DNA from: an uncultured Gammaproteobacteria bacterium
GTDB lineage: Bacteria; Patescibacteriota; Microgenomatia; UBA10105; UBA927
Length of the DNA stretch: 48,606 bases
Reading direction: 5' to 3'
NCBI GenBank assembly: GCA_964515005.1
Contig: CAZEVT010000001.1
Coordinates: 40,130-88,735, forward strand
The number at the start of each line of letters is the position of its first letter. Within the stretch, counting starts at the first letter, position 1. The position numbers and the translations under genes were made by a program. Of this stretch, positions 44,535-48,606 are shown piece after piece. The notes beneath the pieces were generated by a model. The model did not search any database. It had not been told where the DNA came from and saw nothing but the letters and a program-made list of their open reading frames with translations.

Positions 44535-46274
44535 TTACACTTCCACAATCACCGGAACGATAAGGGGGCGGCGTCCGGTTTCTTTGTACAAAAATTTCTC
44601 CAAGTTTTCCCCGAGCTGCGAGCGGACAAATCGCCAGTCGGTAATTCTGCCTTTTTTGAGGCGCAAGGACTCCGAAACCACCCGTTTTGCCTTGTCTACC
44701 AAGGCTCCGGATTCCTTCATATAGACAAATCCGCGGGAGATGATATCGGGTTCCGCCGTCACCCGGCCGGTGGACTCCTCCATGGGGACAACGACAACCA
44801 CAATCCCGTCCGTTGCAATCGTCTGCCGGTCCCGAAGGACGGCGTTCCCCACGTCTCCCACTCCCAGCCCGTCAATCATCACATTTTCAAGTTCAATGGT
44901 TTCGACAACCTTTGGCGCAACTCCTTCTTTAAACTCCAATACCTGTCCGCCCTCGGGGATCAACACATCGTGCTTGTTATATCCCAGATCCTGGGCAAGC
45001 CTCCGGTACTGCATGATATGCCTATACGTGCCGCCGATCGGGAAAATATACTTCGGCCCGACGGCGGACAAAAGAAGCATGAGATCTCCCTGCGACCCAT
45101 GGCCGGAAACATGCAGGTCTTCCATGATATCCGAGTATGCAATGCGTGCGCCTTTCCGGTACAACTGTTCGATGACGGTGCTCACGCTTCCCTCGTTTCC
45201 GGGAATTGGATCTGCGGAAAACACCACCGTATCCCCCTCTTCAATCTTCACAAACTTGTGGTTGTCATTGGCCATGCGGGAAAGCGCGCTTGAAGCCTGC
45301 CCCTGGGCACCTGCGGCAATAAGAAACTGCTTGGTTGGGGGCAATCTTCGCAAATCCTGGTCCCGGATGACCGCGTCCCTCGGAAACTTCATGTACCCGA
45401 GTTTCACTGAAGCCTCAACGTTATGATCCATGCTGCGGCCGAAAAATGCGATTTTCCGACCATGCTTGAGACCAATTTCAATAGCCCGTTGAATCCGGGA
45501 AATATTTGAAGACTGCGTGGTAAATATAAACTTGCCGCTGCAAAGCCCGAGTTCCTTCTCCAGCGTCTCCCCGACTACTTGCTCAGACGCGGTAAACCCA
45601 GGGCGTTCACTCCCAAGGCAGTCCGTCATCATACAAAGGACCCCGCGTTTGCCCGCCGCATTAATCTTGTCAATCTCCGACCGCTTGCCGTCCAGAGGAT
45701 CAAAATCAAACTTGAAATCACTCCCGTGGTAAAAAATGCCAATCGGCGTTTCGATAACCAGATTCGACGTATCCGGCACCGAATGCGTCATACGGATAAA
45801 CGATACGGTAAACGGACCAATCCGAAGAACCTGGCTAAACTCAACCGGCGTCACCCGTGCTTTTAACTTCGCTTCTTCGAGTTTAATATTGGCAAATGCG
45901 GCAGTAAGTCTCGTTCCCCACATCGGAATCCTCCCGAGTTTGGGATATAAATAGGGAATCCCGCCGATATGGTCGTCGTGCCCGTGGGTAAATACCAATC
46001 CCCGGATATATTGTTTTTTGTCGGCAAGGTAGCGGACGTCAGGCAGAACTAAATCGATGCCGTACATCCCCTCATCCGGAAACCCGATACCGCAGTCAAC
46101 CAGAAGTATGTCGCGAATCTTGCCGTCAAACCGCAGCTCGTAGACATACATGTTTTTGGTCACGTTCCCGGTGCCGCCCAGGGGAATGACGCGGATACTT
46201 TCTTTGCCCGACTTGCCCCCGGACGAGCCGACAAACTCCTGTCTTTTTTGTTTATTAAACGGATTAAATCTCAT
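44535..46274 (-). CDS. rnj: ribonuclease J
   Basis: 579 aa. Contains the metallo-beta-lactamase motif THGHDDHIGG, beta-CASP segments, and a typical RNase J N-terminus (IRVIPLGG.G.V.KNMYVYE). Confidence 0.9.
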   Translation of the reverse strand: MRFNPFNKQKRQEFVGSSGGKSGKESIRVIPLGGTGNVTKNMYVYELRFDGKIRDILLVDCGIGFPDEGMYGIDLVLPDVRYLADKKQYIRGLVFTHGHDDHIGGIPYLYPKLGRIPMWGTRLTAAFANIKLEEAKLKARVTPVEFSQVLRIGPFTVSFIRMTHSVPDTSNLVIETPIGIFYHGSDFKFDFDPLDGKRSEIDKINAAGKRGVLCMMTDCLGSERPGFTASEQVVGETLEKELGLCSGKFIFTTQSSNISRIQRAIEIGLKHGRKIAFFGRSMDHNVEASVKLGYMKFPRDAVIRDQDLRRLPPTKQFLIAAGAQGQASSALSRMANDNHKFVKIEEGDTVVFSADPIPGNEGSVSTVIEQLYRKGARIAYSDIMEDLHVSGHGSQGDLMLLLSAVGPKYIFPIGGTYRHIMQYRRLAQDLGYNKHDVLIPEGGQVLEFKEGVAPKVVETIELENVMIDGLGVGDVGNAVLRDRQTIATDGIVVVVVPMEESTGRVTAEPDIISRGFVYMKESGALVDKAKRVVSESLRLKKGRITDWRFVRSQLGENLEKFLYKETGRRPLIVPVIVEV

Positions 46275-46277
46275 ACC

Positions 46278-47357
46278 TCAATAACTTTCTATAAATTCTT
46301 TTATATTACTTTCGTCTATATGGTAGCTTTTGCCTTTGCCCTCCACGATCATGTGGGCCACTTTCCGGCACACGCTGTTTATGGTCCGCTCCAAGCTTCG
46401 GATGCCGGCGTCATACCCAAGAGGGCGGACGAGTTTGGGCCAGATGGCCTCATCAATCGTCAAATTTTCGCTGGTCAGCCCGCTTTCGCGCATCAGTTCG
46501 GGAAGCACATAATCTTTGGCAATTTTTGTTTTTTCCTCATCGGAATAGGACGGCATCTGGATGGGCTCGAGACGGTCCAGGACTGCCGTTGCAATATTCG
46601 TTGTATTGTTGGCCGTTGCAATAAAAAGGACATCGGATAAATCAAACGGATAATCCAGATAATGATCCGTAAACGCCACGTTTTGCTCGGGGTCCAGAAG
46701 CTCAACGAGAACTCCCATGATATCGCCGCGCGTCTGTTCCGCGACTCTATCAATTTCGTCCAAAAGAATAACCGGATTCTTTGATCCGGCAAACCGCATA
46801 CCTTTCATAATAAGTCCGATCTCGGCATCCGGACGAACCCGTGCCTGACCGCGCAGATCCAGAGCGTCGGACATGCCGCCGAAGGGGATCCGGACAAACC
46901 TCCGACCCATAGCCTGGGCAATCGACTTGGCAAGCGTGGTTTTGCCGGTGCCCACGAGTCCCACTAAACAGAGAATAGGCGCACGCCGGGCGAGCATACC
47001 GTGAGAAAGCGTAGATTCCGACTGTGAATCTTTCGGTTTGGATTCGTTGAGCTTGAGTATCGACAAATATTCCAAAATTCGCTCTTTCACGGACGCCAGA
47101 CCATAGTGATGTTTTTCAAGGATCTCTTTGGCTTTCGTCAAATCCAAAACATCGGTTGTTCGTTCTTCCCACGGAAGTGTCACGACCCAGTCGATGTAGC
47201 GAAGCATCTGCTCGATATGCACGCGGGCGGAAATATCATTTTCCAGACGTATGACTTCTTCCAGATTAGAAAGGACCCGGGTTTCTAACTCTTTGGGGAC
47301 GTGGGCCGCTGCAACCTTTTTTTGAAGGTCAGCAACTTGATCAGTTAACTTGGACAT
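46278..47357 (-). CDS. Lon-type AAA+ ATPase module with no N-terminal substrate domain and no protease domain
   Basis: 359 aa, collinear with the central part of LonA: YIDWVVTLPW, HYGL..VKERILEYL, Walker A GLVGTGKTT, Walker B ILLDEIDR, LLDPEQNVAFTDHYLD.PFDLS.VLFIATAN, LDRLE, AGIRSLER. It ends where the Lon protease domain would begin. Confidence 0.85.
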   Translation of the reverse strand: MSKLTDQVADLQKKVAAAHVPKELETRVLSNLEEVIRLENDISARVHIEQMLRYIDWVVTLPWEERTTDVLDLTKAKEILEKHHYGLASVKERILEYLSILKLNESKPKDSQSESTLSHGMLARRAPILCLVGLVGTGKTTLAKSIAQAMGRRFVRIPFGGMSDALDLRGQARVRPDAEIGLIMKGMRFAGSKNPVILLDEIDRVAEQTRGDIMGVLVELLDPEQNVAFTDHYLDYPFDLSDVLFIATANNTTNIATAVLDRLEPIQMPSYSDEEKTKIAKDYVLPELMRESGLTSENLTIDEAIWPKLVRPLGYDAGIRSLERTINSVCRKVAHMIVEGKGKSYHIDESNIKEFIESY

Positions 47358-47376
47358 ATAAAACCATCATATCACA

Positions 47377-48606
47377 CTAAAATCTTCGGGGACCGCGGCC
47401 ACCGCTTCGGAACGGTGGTCTTCCACCACCCTCGCGGCGTTCATGCTGTGGGGCTTTCTTGGCGTCTTCGCCGAAAAGCATCGAAAGATTAATTCTATGC
47501 ATATCATCAATTTCCATCACGCGCACTTTTACTTTTTGCCCCAGCTTCACGACTTCTTCCGGTTTATTTACAAATCCGGTCGACATTTGGGACACGTGTA
47601 CCATGCCTTCTTTCCCGGGAAGAATCTCAACGAATGCGCCGAAAGGAAGAATCCTTTTCACTTCGCCTTCAAACTCTTCATCTACGTGAACCTCACGCGT
47701 CATACCCGTGACCCAGTCAACGGCTTTTTGAACGGCCGCTTGGTCAATACCCGAAATGAACACTGACCCGTCATCTTCCACATCAACAGTCGCACCGGTT
47801 GTGGCGATAATATTTTTAATCGTCTTCCCGCCGGGACCAATGACTTCACCGATTTTGTCAACCGGAATCTTCACGACCTGTACTTTTGGTGCGTATTGAG
47901 ACAAGGATTTGGGAGTGCTAATCACGGCAAGCATCTTTTTCAAAATTTCAAGACGCGCTACTTTCGCCCGCTCAAACGTGCCTTCGACGATTTCATCGGA
48001 AAGGCCATCAATTTTCATATCCAGTTGGATTGCCGTAATGCCGTTTTTGGTTCCCGCGACTTTGAAGTCCATGTCGCCTGCAAAATCTTCGATTCCCAGA
48101 ATGTCAGTGAGGAGAACAAATTTCTTTTTGTCGGTCATAAGACCGATGGAAATTCCGGCAACCGGCTCCTTAATCGGAACTCCCGCGTCCATAAGGGCGA
48201 GCGTTGAACCGCAGGTTGATGCCATGGACGTACTGCCGTTACTGGACATGACCTCTGAAACCAAACGAATGGTATAGGGAAACTCATCTTCCGAAGGAAT
48301 GACGGACAACAGTCCGCGTTCGGCGAGAGCCCCGTGGCCGACTTCGCGCCGTGATGGCGTCCCCACGCGTCCGGTTTCCCCGACACTGTACGGGGGCATG
48401 CTGTAGTGATGGATATACCGCTTGGATTCTTCTCCCATCGGGCTTTCAATAAGTTGGGCTAGAGAAGGGGTGCCCAAAGTTGCAATGGTTAAGACCTGTG
48501 TCTGGCCGCGTTTAAACATCGCGCTTCCGTGGGTGCGGGGAAGAATACCTACCTGTCCTTCAATCGGCCGGATTTCATCAATTTTTCTTCCGTCAAAACG
48601 TTTTTC
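47377..48606 (-). CDS. pnp: polynucleotide phosphorylase, C-terminal ~410 aa (5' end lies beyond the window edge)
   Basis: The reading frame stays open to position 48606 (..EKRFDGRKIDEIRPIEGQVGILPRTHGSAMFKRGQTQ..). It covers the second RNase PH domain, a KH domain (IGPGGKTIK) and an S1 domain (..GEVKRILPFGAFVEILPGKEGMVHVSQ), and ends in an Arg/Gly-rich tail. Confidence 0.93.
   Translation of the reverse strand, partial: EKRFDGRKIDEIRPIEGQVGILPRTHGSAMFKRGQTQVLTIATLGTPSLAQLIESPMGEESKRYIHHYSMPPYSVGETGRVGTPSRREVGHGALAERGLLSVIPSEDEFPYTIRLVSEVMSSNGSTSMASTCGSTLALMDAGVPIKEPVAGISIGLMTDKKKFVLLTDILGIEDFAGDMDFKVAGTKNGITAIQLDMKIDGLSDEIVEGTFERAKVARLEILKKMLAVISTPKSLSQYAPKVQVVKIPVDKIGEVIGPGGKTIKNIIATTGATVDVEDDGSVFISGIDQAAVQKAVDWVTGMTREVHVDEEFEGEVKRILPFGAFVEILPGKEGMVHVSQMSTGFVNKPEEVVKLGQKVKVRVMEIDDMHRINLSMLFGEDAKKAPQHERREGGGRPPFRSGGRGPRRF

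Overview
This is a gene-dense bacterial window, mostly coding on the minus strand. It is dominated by the conserved transcription/translation gene block. rpoB-rpoC-rpsL-rpsG runs from 31024 down to 23085. fusA-tuf-rpsJ, the S10/spc ribosomal-protein cluster, secY-adk-cmk-map-infA-rpmJ-rpsM run from 16419 down to 12. I could not find any tRNA, rRNA, CRISPR array, transposase or integrase, and TGA is used as a normal stop codon.

Several features fit a reduced-genome Patescibacteria/CPR-like organism, but this is an inference from gene content only:
- L30 (rpmD) is absent between rpsE and rplO.
- AlaRS is very short.
- An archaeal-type AMP-phosphorylase-like DeoA is present.
- A CvpA-CAP fusion and a sortase are present.

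The main points for a second look are:
1. A ~6.6 kb accessory island splits the normally contiguous rpsG|fusA junction. It carries an extracytoplasmic thiol-redox pair (Trx + DipZ), a CvpA-CAP fusion, an AlkA-like/DUF2905/pterin-dehydratase/PQQ-type dehydrogenase operon, a flavodoxin and orphan small ORFs.
2. Seven transcription-unit-first genes have a -10 box exactly 6-7 nt upstream of their ATG. This includes a perfect 12-bp palindrome that supplies a -10 box in both directions.
3. Terminator-like hairpins lie in the leaders of rplC, fusA and rpoB.
4. A tightly packed operon links a large bitopic protein, a sortase, DeoA, a zinc-ribbon mini-protein and MltG.
5. Three homologues have lost key elements: a Lon AAA+ module with no protease domain and an altered pore loop, a 2-hydroxyacid dehydrogenase lacking the catalytic Arg and His, and a half-size TauE.

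All functional calls come from reading motifs by eye. No database search was possible.
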